DNA of 64,000 nucleotides from Microvirga sp. (GTDB taxonomy: Bacteria > Pseudomonadota > Alphaproteobacteria > Rhizobiales > Beijerinckiaceae), in contig DATAGO010000053.1 of assembly GCA_036263675.1 (NCBI GenBank), positions 48,902-112,901 on the forward strand, written 5' to 3'. The position numbers were made by a program, and so were the translations under genes. The notes beneath the pieces are model-generated. The model ran no database searches. It was not told the DNA's origin and saw only the letters and a list, made by a program, of their open reading frames with translations. Positions 48,232 through 57,711 of the stretch are shown here, one piece after another. Position 1 is the stretch's first letter, and the number at the start of each line of letters is the position of its first letter.

Positions 48232-48726
48232 CGATCCTCCCCTTCTTTCGCGCGGCCCGGATCGCCGCCGCCGACGCAACCTGTCGTAGCGAAATTGTCG
48301 GTACGTCATTCAAGCCGCGACGCTCACCTAAGCTGTTCGGCCGATCCCGCTGCGTCAGCGCGCGACCTCCACCGACGATGCGGGAGCCGCTGCGATCCGG
48401 ACGCGTCGCTGCCGCCCAGGCCGCCGCGTTGTTCGTCCGAGAGTTGCATCCGCCCTTCGCGCGCAGCCGATGGCGCAACCCGGTTCATGGTCGGCCGGGT
48501 GCTCGGCCGCGGGCGGACCCGCACCACTCAATGCCTCTTCAAGGAGCGCCTGACGGCCGCATGCAGCGCGCCGGCGGTGCGGGCATGATCAGCCGCATCG
48601 GCCGTTCGATCGCGCAGGTCTCCGGGACGGAGGCGATGACGGCTTGCCGCCCGGCCCCGACGAGACCGCGCCTCGTGCCAGGACGTCCCGCGGCCGGGGC
48701 CTGGCGGCAGCGATCCATGCCATCCG

Positions 48727-48759
48727 CCAAAAGAAAACCCCGCCGGTGAGGGCGGGGGG
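48727..48759 (-). terminator. intrinsic terminator (minus strand), family T
   Basis: Plus strand reads CCAAAAGAAAA-CCCCGCC-GGTGAG-GGCGGGG. On the minus strand this is a 7-bp GC stem followed by UUUUCUUUUGG. Confidence 0.6.
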
Positions 48760-48890
48760 AAGTCGTAGGAGCCGTCTCAGGGTCGGGTGAGACGCCTCGA
48801 CCTTAACCTTACGTCACCTGCGATGGCCACACGGCCGGGCGGCCTAAGCCTGTGCCCGCCTCTGCCGGACGCGGCGCGGCCGCGAGCCGA

Positions 48891-49028
48891 TCAATCGATG
48901 GCCCGGTTCATCGCGTAGATGGAAACCACCGCGCAGACAGCCGAGCTCAGGATTCCCAGAAAGGCAGTATCGGCCGCAGGCATCGAGCGACAGTTGAAAT
49001 AACCGAACAGTTCGCACCACCATTCCAT
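48891..49028 (-). CDS. small Cys-containing membrane peptide (45 aa)
   Basis: This is the internal ATG of track ORF 48891-49367, preceded by TAGGAGGAA. It reads MEWWCELFGYFNCRSMPAADTAFLGILSSAVCAVVSIYAMNRAID. It is unrelated in sequence to the other three peptides. Confidence 0.45.
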   Translation of the reverse strand: MEWWCELFGYFNCRSMPAADTAFLGILSSAVCAVVSIYAMNRAID

Positions 49029-49295
49029 GGCAGAGCTTCCTCCTAGTGTTAATGGTCTCCTTCTACGAGGATCGATCCACCAAACAACTCGTCCGCGAGA
49101 CCTAGAACGGACCTGGCTCTCACTCCCGTCGAACGAGGATCCGGCGCGGGAGAACCTTCGGCGCCGCAATGGCGATCCTCCCGGCACGGGGCAAGCGCGG
49201 CGCGCTATACGGGATGACAAGCCGCAGGCCGGGCCGGTGCCGGGCGCCTGGATTTCGAGCCGAGCGGCGCCGATCCGGCCGCGGACGCCTTCCCG

Positions 49296-49393
49296 CGGGA
49301 CGGCGAGGTGAAGGGCTTCGGGCTCAAAGTCACCCGGGCCGGCGGCAAGACCTCCGTGCTCCAGCACCGCAGGCCGGAGGGCCGCGGCCGGCG
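49296..49393 (+). pseudogene. possible remnant of a tyrosine-integrase N-terminal (Arm/DUF4102-like) domain
   Basis: The frame of track ORF 49308 reads RDGEVKGFGLKVTRAGGKTSVLQHRRPEGRGRR. This resembles the D..v.GLgLRVtpsG.Ks.v..YR..G..rr motif at the start of P4-type integrases. The homology stops where the minus-strand binding-protein gene begins, and no catalytic domain follows. Confidence 0.3.
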
Positions 49394-50368
49394 CTACTCG
49401 ATCACCTCGTCGGCGCTGCCGAGCAGCGTCACCGGAATGGTGAGGCCGAGCGTCCTGGCAGCCTTCAGGTTGATCAGGAACTCCACCTTGGTGGATTGCT
49501 GGACCGGCAGGTCGGCCGGCTTTTCACCTTTGAGGATCCGGCCCGCATAGGCCCCGGCGAGCCGATAGGCATCGTCCGGGCTGCCGCCATAGCTCATGAG
49601 CCCGCCGGCATCGGCGAAGTCGCGGATGAAGTACATCGCCGGCAGCGCATGGCGCTCGGCCAAGGCGATGAGCCGGGAGCGCCGGCTGTTGAAGAGCGCA
49701 TCGGCCGCCACGGCGAGCGCATCGATCCGCTCCCGGGCGAGCGCTGCGAACGCATCGTCGATCTCGGCATCGCTGCTCGCGGTCCGGACATGCACCTGAA
49801 GCCCGAGGGCAGCCGCAGTCGCCTGCACGTCGCTCGTCTCGGAGCGGGCCGACGGGTTGTTGGCATTGACCAGAAGGCCGATCCTGCTCGCTCTCGGCAC
49901 GAGCTGGTGCAGCAACTCCACCCTCTTGGCCCCGAGCGTGTTCACCATGAAGGTCGCGCCCGTGACGTTGCCGCCCGGCCGGCTGAGGCTGGGGACGAGG
50001 CCGAGCCCGACCGGATTGCCGCCGATCGAGAACACGATCGGAATCGTCGCGGTCGCGGCCTTGGCGGCGAGCGGCGCCCGGGGGCTCTGCATGGCGAGGA
50101 TCACGGCGACCCGACGCTGGACGAGGTCGGCGGCGAGCGCGGGAAGGCGGTCGAACTGACCCTCCGCCCAGCGGTACTCGATCGCGACATTGCGGCCCTC
50201 CTCGAAGCCGAACTCCGCAAGGCCTTGCCGGATCGCATCGATCTGGCGGGGCTCCCGGTCCGTGCCGCTGAGGAGGCCGATCGCCGGCATGCCGGCCGGC
50301 TGCGCCCCTCCGGGGCCGGACCAGACGGTCGCAGCGCCGAGAAGGGCGATGAACGCCCGCCGTCTCAT
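49394..50368 (-). CDS. ABC transporter substrate-binding protein, PF04392 (ABC_sub_bind) type
   Basis: 324 aa. Leader MRRRAFIALLGAATVW. Other segments are IGLLSG, NVAIEYRWAEGQFDRLPALAADLV and GEKPADLPVQQSTKVEFLINLKAARTLGLTIP, ending in ADEVIE. Confidence 0.8.
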   Translation of the reverse strand: MRRRAFIALLGAATVWSGPGGAQPAGMPAIGLLSGTDREPRQIDAIRQGLAEFGFEEGRNVAIEYRWAEGQFDRLPALAADLVQRRVAVILAMQSPRAPLAAKAATATIPIVFSIGGNPVGLGLVPSLSRPGGNVTGATFMVNTLGAKRVELLHQLVPRASRIGLLVNANNPSARSETSDVQATAAALGLQVHVRTASSDAEIDDAFAALARERIDALAVAADALFNSRRSRLIALAERHALPAMYFIRDFADAGGLMSYGGSPDDAYRLAGAYAGRILKGEKPADLPVQQSTKVEFLINLKAARTLGLTIPVTLLGSADEVIE

Positions 50369-51345
50369 TCGATCACCTCGTCGGCACGGGCGAGGAGGGT
50401 CGGTGAGACCTCTAGACCAAGGGCGCGCGCTGTCCTGAGGTTGATGACCATGTCAAACCGCTCGATCGCTTGAACGGGGAGTTCGCCCGGCTTCGCGCCG
50501 CGCAGGATGCGGTCGATATAGGTGGCTGCCCCGCGATACTGATCCGCGCCAACGCTGCTGTAGGTGAGCAGAGCGCCGCTGCGCGAGATGTATGCGTTGG
50601 AGAAGACCGCCGGAAGCCGGTGGCGGGCAGCGAGCTCCATGATGAGGCTCGAATGCACCGAGGTCGTGGCATCCGGCAGCACGATCACGCCGCCATTCGG
50701 CTCCTGCACGAAAGCCGCCATGGCGCGCTCGATCTCGGCCGCGTCGTGCACGCCGGCCGGCACCGGCCGGAGCCCCAGGGACGAGGCATGCCTCTCAACC
50801 GCACCCATGTAGCCGTTCCAGCGCGCGCGGTTGTCGGGATTGATGAGGATCAGCGCCCGGGTCACATGCGGGGCGACCTCCTTGAGGAGCTGCATCCACT
50901 TCACGGCGACCGAGTACTCGAAGTCCGTGAAGCCCGTCAGATTGGCCTCCGGGCGCGAAAGGCTCGTGACGAACCCGCCTCCGACGGGGTCCTGCACCTG
51001 CGCGAACACCACCGGGATGGTTTTCGTCGCCCTCTGCAGGATTGCGGCTCCGACGACGCCCTGAGCCATGATCACATCCGGCTTCAGGGCGACGAGTTCG
51101 TCCGTATAGCGCCTGATGCGGTCGGGATCGCTCCAGCCGAAACGGAGTGTGATCTGCAGGTTCCGCCCTTCTGTCCACCCGGCCTTCTGCAGGCCCTCCT
51201 TGAGGGCAGCGACCAATCGGGCGGCCTGCGGCTCGGCGACAACGAACAGAGCGCCGAGGTGCCGCATCTCGGCGGGCTGAGCGTGCCCTGCATGTGGCCA
51301 GACGGCCGCACCCCCAAGGAGCCCGATGAACTCACGCCGCCTCAT
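50365..51345 (-). CDS. ABC transporter substrate-binding protein, PF04392 type (paralogue of the adjacent gene)
   Basis: 326 aa with the same architecture (MRRREFIGLLGGAAVW...GAKPGELPVQAIERFDMVINLRTARALGLEV...ADEVIE). ATGA overlap with the downstream paralogue. Confidence 0.8.
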   Translation of the reverse strand: MRRREFIGLLGGAAVWPHAGHAQPAEMRHLGALFVVAEPQAARLVAALKEGLQKAGWTEGRNLQITLRFGWSDPDRIRRYTDELVALKPDVIMAQGVVGAAILQRATKTIPVVFAQVQDPVGGGFVTSLSRPEANLTGFTDFEYSVAVKWMQLLKEVAPHVTRALILINPDNRARWNGYMGAVERHASSLGLRPVPAGVHDAAEIERAMAAFVQEPNGGVIVLPDATTSVHSSLIMELAARHRLPAVFSNAYISRSGALLTYSSVGADQYRGAATYIDRILRGAKPGELPVQAIERFDMVINLRTARALGLEVSPTLLARADEVIE

Positions 51346-51903
51346 GGATCACCTCGTCGGATCACCCGATCCGGACCTGACCCTACTCCTATCGGGGCCG
51401 GTGTGAAGCGTGGCGCCGGCAGGGACTCTCCGCCCGTCCGGGCCGCGAGCACGCCAGCCATCCCGGTTTGCAGCCGAACCACCAGGCCGCCGGGATCCGG
51501 CACCTGGGGCGCATGCTGCGCGCCGGCACGTCCTTGGCGGCGCAGGGGTTGCGGGCGTGAGGGCGCCGGCGGTCGCCCTCGCGCTGCTGTTCGGGATCGT
51601 ATGCGGGGCGTGGGTTAGGGGCGCTACTCGGCGTGGCGCGATCGATCGAGAGATAAGGCGAATGCCTTACCCGCTGCCTCAAGGCCGTCGAATCTTGGGT
51701 CGTCCATAGGCTGCAGCAAATCTGGCCTTTGTGTCCTTCGACCGGCGTCTCACACCTCGTGGCCGCTCACGGCGGCTGGTGCAGGCTCTTCCAGGGCGAG
51801 GGCCGCACCTGCACGCCGCCGCCGGCACGGCAGCGACGGCGTGGAGGAGATCCGCGAGGACGGGACGGTGTGGACCGTCAGGCTCAGCCGAGGGCGCTCC
51901 GCA

Positions 51904-52620
51904 TCACTGCGGATTGGCGGTTCCAGCCGGACCAGCCGGTCCCGCCGGGCCACGCTCGCCTTGCGGTCCGGGAGGACCCGCAGGCCCGCGTTCGCCCTGA
52001 GGCCCTGCGGGTCCCCTCTCTCCCGCAGGACCGGCGGGCCCACGCTCGCCCGGAGGGCCGGGAGGGCCCGCAGGACCAGCCGGTCCCGGCTCGCCCTTGT
52101 CTCCCTTGGGACCGGTCGGCCCCGGCGCCCCGGCGGTCCCGACAGCGCCCTGTGGGCCCGTCTCGCCCTTCGGTCCGGCGGGCCCGGCTGCGCCGACCGC
52201 GCCGGCCGGTCCGGTGTCGCCTTTGTCGCCCTTCGGTCCGGGCGCTCCTGCGGGGCCTTGGGGCCCGGCCGGGCCGACCGCACCGGCAACGCCCTGCGGC
52301 CCGGCATCTCCCTTGGGGCCGGCAGGCCCCGCAGCGCCGACGGGACCACAGTTCGGGATCACGACGTCGCGGGTCTCGTCTCCGGCCTTGAGGGTGCCGA
52401 CGCAATCCGGAGGCAGGTACTGGAGGCGGAAGGTGAAGAACCCGCCCGCGGTCGCCTTGGTCTCGTGCCGCTCGTCGAAGGTCACGGTGGCGTTGGGCTT
52501 CGCCCGCCCGCTCACCCTCAGGTCGCCGGACACGATGCGTGCCTCGTCGACACGGATCTGCGAGAGGGCGGGAACCGCGCTCGCGGCGATGCACACCAAC
52601 GACAATCCGATTGCTCTCAT
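51904..52620 (-). CDS. secreted collagen-like triple-helix repeat protein
   Basis: Start trimmed to ATG at 52620, preceded by AAGGGGAG. Signal peptide [20 protein letters not shown], then a globular N-domain of about 70 aa with two Cys. Forty-eight uninterrupted Gly-X-Y triplets follow (hand count, about 51916-52347), and the protein ends GTANPQ. Confidence 0.8.
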   Translation of the reverse strand: MRAIGLSLVCIAASAVPALSQIRVDEARIVSGDLRVSGRAKPNATVTFDERHETKATAGGFFTFRLQYLPPDCVGTLKAGDETRDVVIPNCGPVGAAGPAGPKGDAGPQGVAGAVGPAGPQGPAGAPGPKGDKGDTGPAGAVGAAGPAGPKGETGPQGAVGTAGAPGPTGPKGDKGEPGPAGPAGPPGPPGERGPAGPAGERGPAGPQGERGPAGPPGPQGERGPAGPAGPAGTANPQ

Positions 52621-52713
52621 CCCGCTCCCCTTCGCCTGCTGGCCATGTCCGCAGGGATCGTGCCCTGTCCATCCCGCGACTTCAACAGGACGGCACTCCG
52701 CCTTTGGCTTTTC

Positions 52714-52809
52714 CTCGAACCATAGCAACGGCTGGCCCGCAGGCATGTGACTGTCTCGAACCATAGCAGCGGCTGGCCCGCAGGCATGTGACCGTTCCGG
52801 AACCATCGC
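52714..52809. repeat. 41-bp tandem repeat (two full copies plus a partial third) upstream of the collagen-like gene
   Basis: 52714-52754 is CTCGAACCATAGCAACGGCTGGCCCGCAGGCATGTGACTGT and 52755-52795 is CTCGAACCATAGCAGCGGCTGGCCCGCAGGCATGTGACCGT. A degenerate TCCGGAACCATCGC follows. Confidence 0.9.
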
Positions 52810-52877
52810 TTCGCACCGGGTGACCGCGCCGAGAAGATCGAAACGAATTCTGCGGGAGAGGGAGGGACCGGCCCTGA

Positions 52878-53420
52878 ACCAAGGCCTCTGGACTTTTGCA
52901 CCCCGGGGGCAAGCACCCTTGGGAGCGGGTCGATGCTTTCGGCTCTGCGGAGCGTCCTTCCGGCCGCTTCGTGGCAGGCACCGCGCAGACCCATCGAGGC
53001 CCGCTGCGCGTTGTCGGCGCCTGCATCCCCTGGGACGGGGCTCACGTCTCCTCCGGCCGGCGGGACCGGGTCGAGTGGCACGACCACACGGCGTATCTCG
53101 AGGCGCTTGCGCCGATCGTCGCCCGCGGCGAGCACACCAGGGGCACCGTGCTGCTGGGTGACTGCAATCACCGCATCCCGAGGAAGCGGGAGTCGGTCCC
53201 CGCCGTCGAGGCGCTGGGGCGGGTGCTGGGCGGCCGGCTCGCCCTCGCGGCCGCGGGTATCACCCCGGACGTCGACCGGCCCTCGATCCACCATGTTGCT
53301 GACACCCCCGACCTGACGGTGGCGCGGGTGCAAGGCCTCTCCGACAGTATGCCTGATGGCAGCCAAGCGACCGATCGCTTCGGGCTCGTGGTCGACCTGC
53401 GCTCAGCAGATCCAGGCGCG
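52878..53420 (+). pseudogene. endonuclease/exonuclease/phosphatase (EEP) family gene fragment, N-terminally truncated and without a nearby stop
   Basis: The frame opens only at 52878, after a TGA. It reads [10 protein letters not shown]...[12 protein letters not shown]...IHHVA...TDRFGLVVDL, which corresponds to the middle and C-terminal EEP motifs (GDFN-like, SDH-like). The first 90 aa or so of the fold are absent. The frame then runs on through the tRNA to 54140. Confidence 0.45.
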
Positions 53421-53473
53421 ACCGCAGCACTCCTACAGAACGATTCGCCGCCTGCCCACCAAGGCCCAGACAT

Positions 53474-53497
53474 GCGAAAGCCGCCCGGAGGCGGCTT
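53474..53497 (-). terminator. probable terminator downstream of tRNA-Ala
   Basis: Minus-strand AAGCCGCC-UCCG-GGCGGCUU followed by UCGC. A 7-bp hairpin, CUCCUUG/CAAGGAG, sits at 53505-53523 just before it. The U-tract is weak. Confidence 0.4.
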
Positions 53498-53528
53498 GTC
53501 ACAACTCCTTGTGAACCAAGGAGAAATT

Positions 53529-53604
<76 letters not shown>

Positions 53605-53671
53605 ACGCTGGTCCGCGGGGTTGGGTCCACCGCGGAAAGGGTCGCCGCCGAGGCAGCGGGCGTCTCTATAG

Positions 53672-55828
<2,157 letters not shown>

Positions 55829-55834
55829 TCCTTC

Positions 55835-55995
55835 GGCCCAACGTTCCGGCACATCCCATGCTCATCGCGATCGACGGCTCCGCCATACCCGGTCGGCTCA
55901 ACGCTCCGGCTCTCTCATGATCATCGCGATCGACGGCCCCGCCTCGCCTCTTTGGCCAAAAGCTCCGGCTCATTCATGATCATCGCGATCGACGG
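55835..55995 (+). repeat. three tandem copies (period 59 bp) of the cmk ribosome-binding region and first codons
   Basis: ATG(C/A)TCATCGCGATCGACGG occurs at 55858, 55917 and 55976, each preceded by GGC(C/T/C)(C/C/A)AA(C/C/A)G(T/C/C)TCCGGC. Only the third copy continues into the P-loop of cytidylate kinase. Confidence 0.9.
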
Positions 55996-56602
55996 TCCGG
56001 CCGCGTCCGGCAAGGGCACCCTGGCCAAGCGCCTCGCGGCGCATTTCGGCCTGCCGCATCTCGACACCGGCCTGCTCTACCGCGGGGTCGCGCGCCTGCT
56101 GCTCGACGCCGGGATGCCGCTCACGGACGCCGCGGCGGCCGAGGAGGCCGCGCGGACGCTCGACGTGAACCTGCTGCAGGATCCGCGCCTGCGCGGCGCC
56201 GAGATGGGCGAGGCGGCGTCGGTGATCTCGGCCTACCAGCCCGTGCGCGACGCGCTGCTCGCCTTCCAGCGCGAGTTTGCGGGCAATCCGGCGGGCGCGG
56301 TGCTCGACGGGCGCGACATCGGCACCGTGGTGTGCCCGCTCGCGGACGCCAAGCTGTACGTCACGGCGGCGCCCGAGGAGCGTGCGCGCCGGCGCCACCT
56401 GGAGCTCGTCGGCCGCGGCGAGACCACGGAGTTCCGCGTCATCCTCGACGACATCCTGCGCCGGGACGAACGCGACCGCTCCCGCAGCTCCGCTCCCCTC
56501 AAGACCGCGGCCGACGCCATGGTGCTCGACACCACGGCCCTGGACCCGGACGCCGCGTTCCGGGCCGCCCTGGAGCTGGTGGAAAGCCGCACCCGGGCCT
56601 GA
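55976..56602 (+). CDS. cmk: cytidylate kinase
   Basis: [36 protein letters not shown] (P-loop), GRDIGTVV, and the RRDERD lid-type segment. 208 aa. Confidence 0.9.
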   Translation: MIIAIDGPAASGKGTLAKRLAAHFGLPHLDTGLLYRGVARLLLDAGMPLTDAAAAEEAARTLDVNLLQDPRLRGAEMGEAASVISAYQPVRDALLAFQREFAGNPAGAVLDGRDIGTVVCPLADAKLYVTAAPEERARRRHLELVGRGETTEFRVILDDILRRDERDRSRSSAPLKTAADAMVLDTTALDPDAAFRAALELVESRTRA

Positions 56603-56783
56603 CCCGATCCGGGTTGGCCCCAGAGCCCGTGGAAGGCCGCATGCGCCGTCGAGGCGGCTTGCGCTTTCCAAGCGCCGGGCGACCTGCCACACTTGGCCCA
56701 TCCGTTGGACTTGCCCCGGCCTTCTGCCCGCCGGATCGGCGATCCGGTGAGGCCGCCGGCCGGGCTCCCTCGAGGACGCCCCG

Positions 56784-57641
56784 ATGCCGCTGTGCCGTGC
56801 CGCCGATCTCGTCAGGGCCGTGACGGCGCTCCGGCGCGGAACCCGACCTCCGGCGTGGCGCCGCCTCGCGGCCGCGCTCGGCTTCGCCGCGCTGGTCTGC
56901 GGCGCCCCGGCCGCCCGCGCGCAGACCGAGGTCGACCTCGCGCTCGTGCTCGCCGTGGACATCTCCTATTCCATGGACGTCGAGGAGCAGGCGCTCCAGC
57001 GCGAGGGCTTCGCGGAGGCGTTCCGCTCGCCGCTCGTGCACGACGCCATCCGCCGCGGCATGCTGGGGCGCATCGCGGTCACGTACGTCGAATGGGCGGG
57101 CGCCTCCGACCAGACCGTGATCGTGCCCTGGACGGTGCTCGACAATCCCGAGGGCATCATGGCCTTCGCGCACCGCATCGCGACGACGCCGCTCCGGCGG
57201 GCGCAGCGCACCTCGATCGCGGGCGCGATCGACTTCAGCGTGCGTCACCTGGAGCGGAGCGGGCTCGAGGCGGTGCGGCGGGTCATCGATATCTCGGGCG
57301 ACGGCCCCAACAACCAGGGTCGCATCGTCACTCAGTCCCGCAACGATGCAGTCGCAAAGGGCATCACGATCAACGGCCTGCCCCTGATGCTGCGCCGCCC
57401 CGGCTACCTCGACATCGCCGAACTCGACACCTATTACCGCGACTGCGTCATCGGCGGCCAGGGCGCGTTCCTGGTGCCGGTGCGCGGCCGCGATCAGTTC
57501 CCGCAGGCGATCAAGACCAAGATCCTGCTCGAGATCGCCGGCCTCGTGCCGCCGGAGCCGCAGGTGCGGCGGATCCAGGCGGGGCGGCAGGCCGATTGCC
57601 TCATCGGCGAGACGCAATGGCGCGACCGGATGGGGAACTGA
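56784..57641 (+). CDS. DUF1194 (vWA-like) domain-containing protein
   Basis: Signal-like N-terminus. [14 protein letters not shown] is a MIDAS-like DxSxS motif. Other segments are [18 protein letters not shown] and ITINGLPL. Confidence 0.75.
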   Translation: MPLCRAADLVRAVTALRRGTRPPAWRRLAAALGFAALVCGAPAARAQTEVDLALVLAVDISYSMDVEEQALQREGFAEAFRSPLVHDAIRRGMLGRIAVTYVEWAGASDQTVIVPWTVLDNPEGIMAFAHRIATTPLRRAQRTSIAGAIDFSVRHLERSGLEAVRRVIDISGDGPNNQGRIVTQSRNDAVAKGITINGLPLMLRRPGYLDIAELDTYYRDCVIGGQGAFLVPVRGRDQFPQAIKTKILLEIAGLVPPEPQVRRIQAGRQADCLIGETQWRDRMGN

Positions 57642-57688
57642 GGCGCCCGCGCAAAATGATGCGGAGACGCGACCGGATGGGGAACTGA
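57621..57688. repeat. direct duplication (period 47 bp) of the last 21 nt of the DUF1194 gene
   Basis: CGCGACCGGATGGGGAACTGA occurs at 57621-57641 (the real 3' end including the stop) and again, identical, at 57668-57688. Both copies are preceded by GAGACGC, immediately in the second copy and with 5 intervening nt (AATGG) in the first. Confidence 0.9.
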
Positions 57689-57711
57689 CCGGCGGAGTTG
57701 GGATCGATTGG

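Noticed and set aside
48324-48527. Minus-strand ORF containing MQLSDEQRGGLGGSDASGSQRLPHRRWRSRADAAGSAEQLR behind a GAAGGG motif
   Set aside because: It is hydrophilic and low in complexity with mixed third-position composition. It lies within what is more probably the 5' leader or promoter region of the 48106-48231 peptide gene. Nothing supports it beyond being open.
46824-48749. Plus-strand ORFs in the gene-poor stretch (46824-47204, 47252-47773, 47755-48588, 47826-48185, 48378-48749)
   Set aside because: They cross the minus-strand terminators and peptide genes, lack SD sequences, have poor GC3 bias and give Arg/Gly/Pro-rich translations.
51346-51903. Possible degenerate third PF04392 binding-protein gene and other ORFs (51389-51682 minus, 51410-51709 plus) in the 560-bp gap
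   Set aside because: Only about 15 nt resemble the family 3' end (DEVI), plus a vague AART..P similarity. There is an in-frame TGA, and I cannot reconstruct an extended reading frame.
51729-52806. Multiple overlapping ORFs on both strands in the collagen-repeat region (for example 51841-52725 plus, 51884-52672 minus, 52097-52750 plus)
   Set aside because: The triplet-periodic GC-rich GXY repeat keeps all frames open. Only the minus frame starting at 52620 has an SD, a signal peptide and uninterrupted Gly-X-Y.
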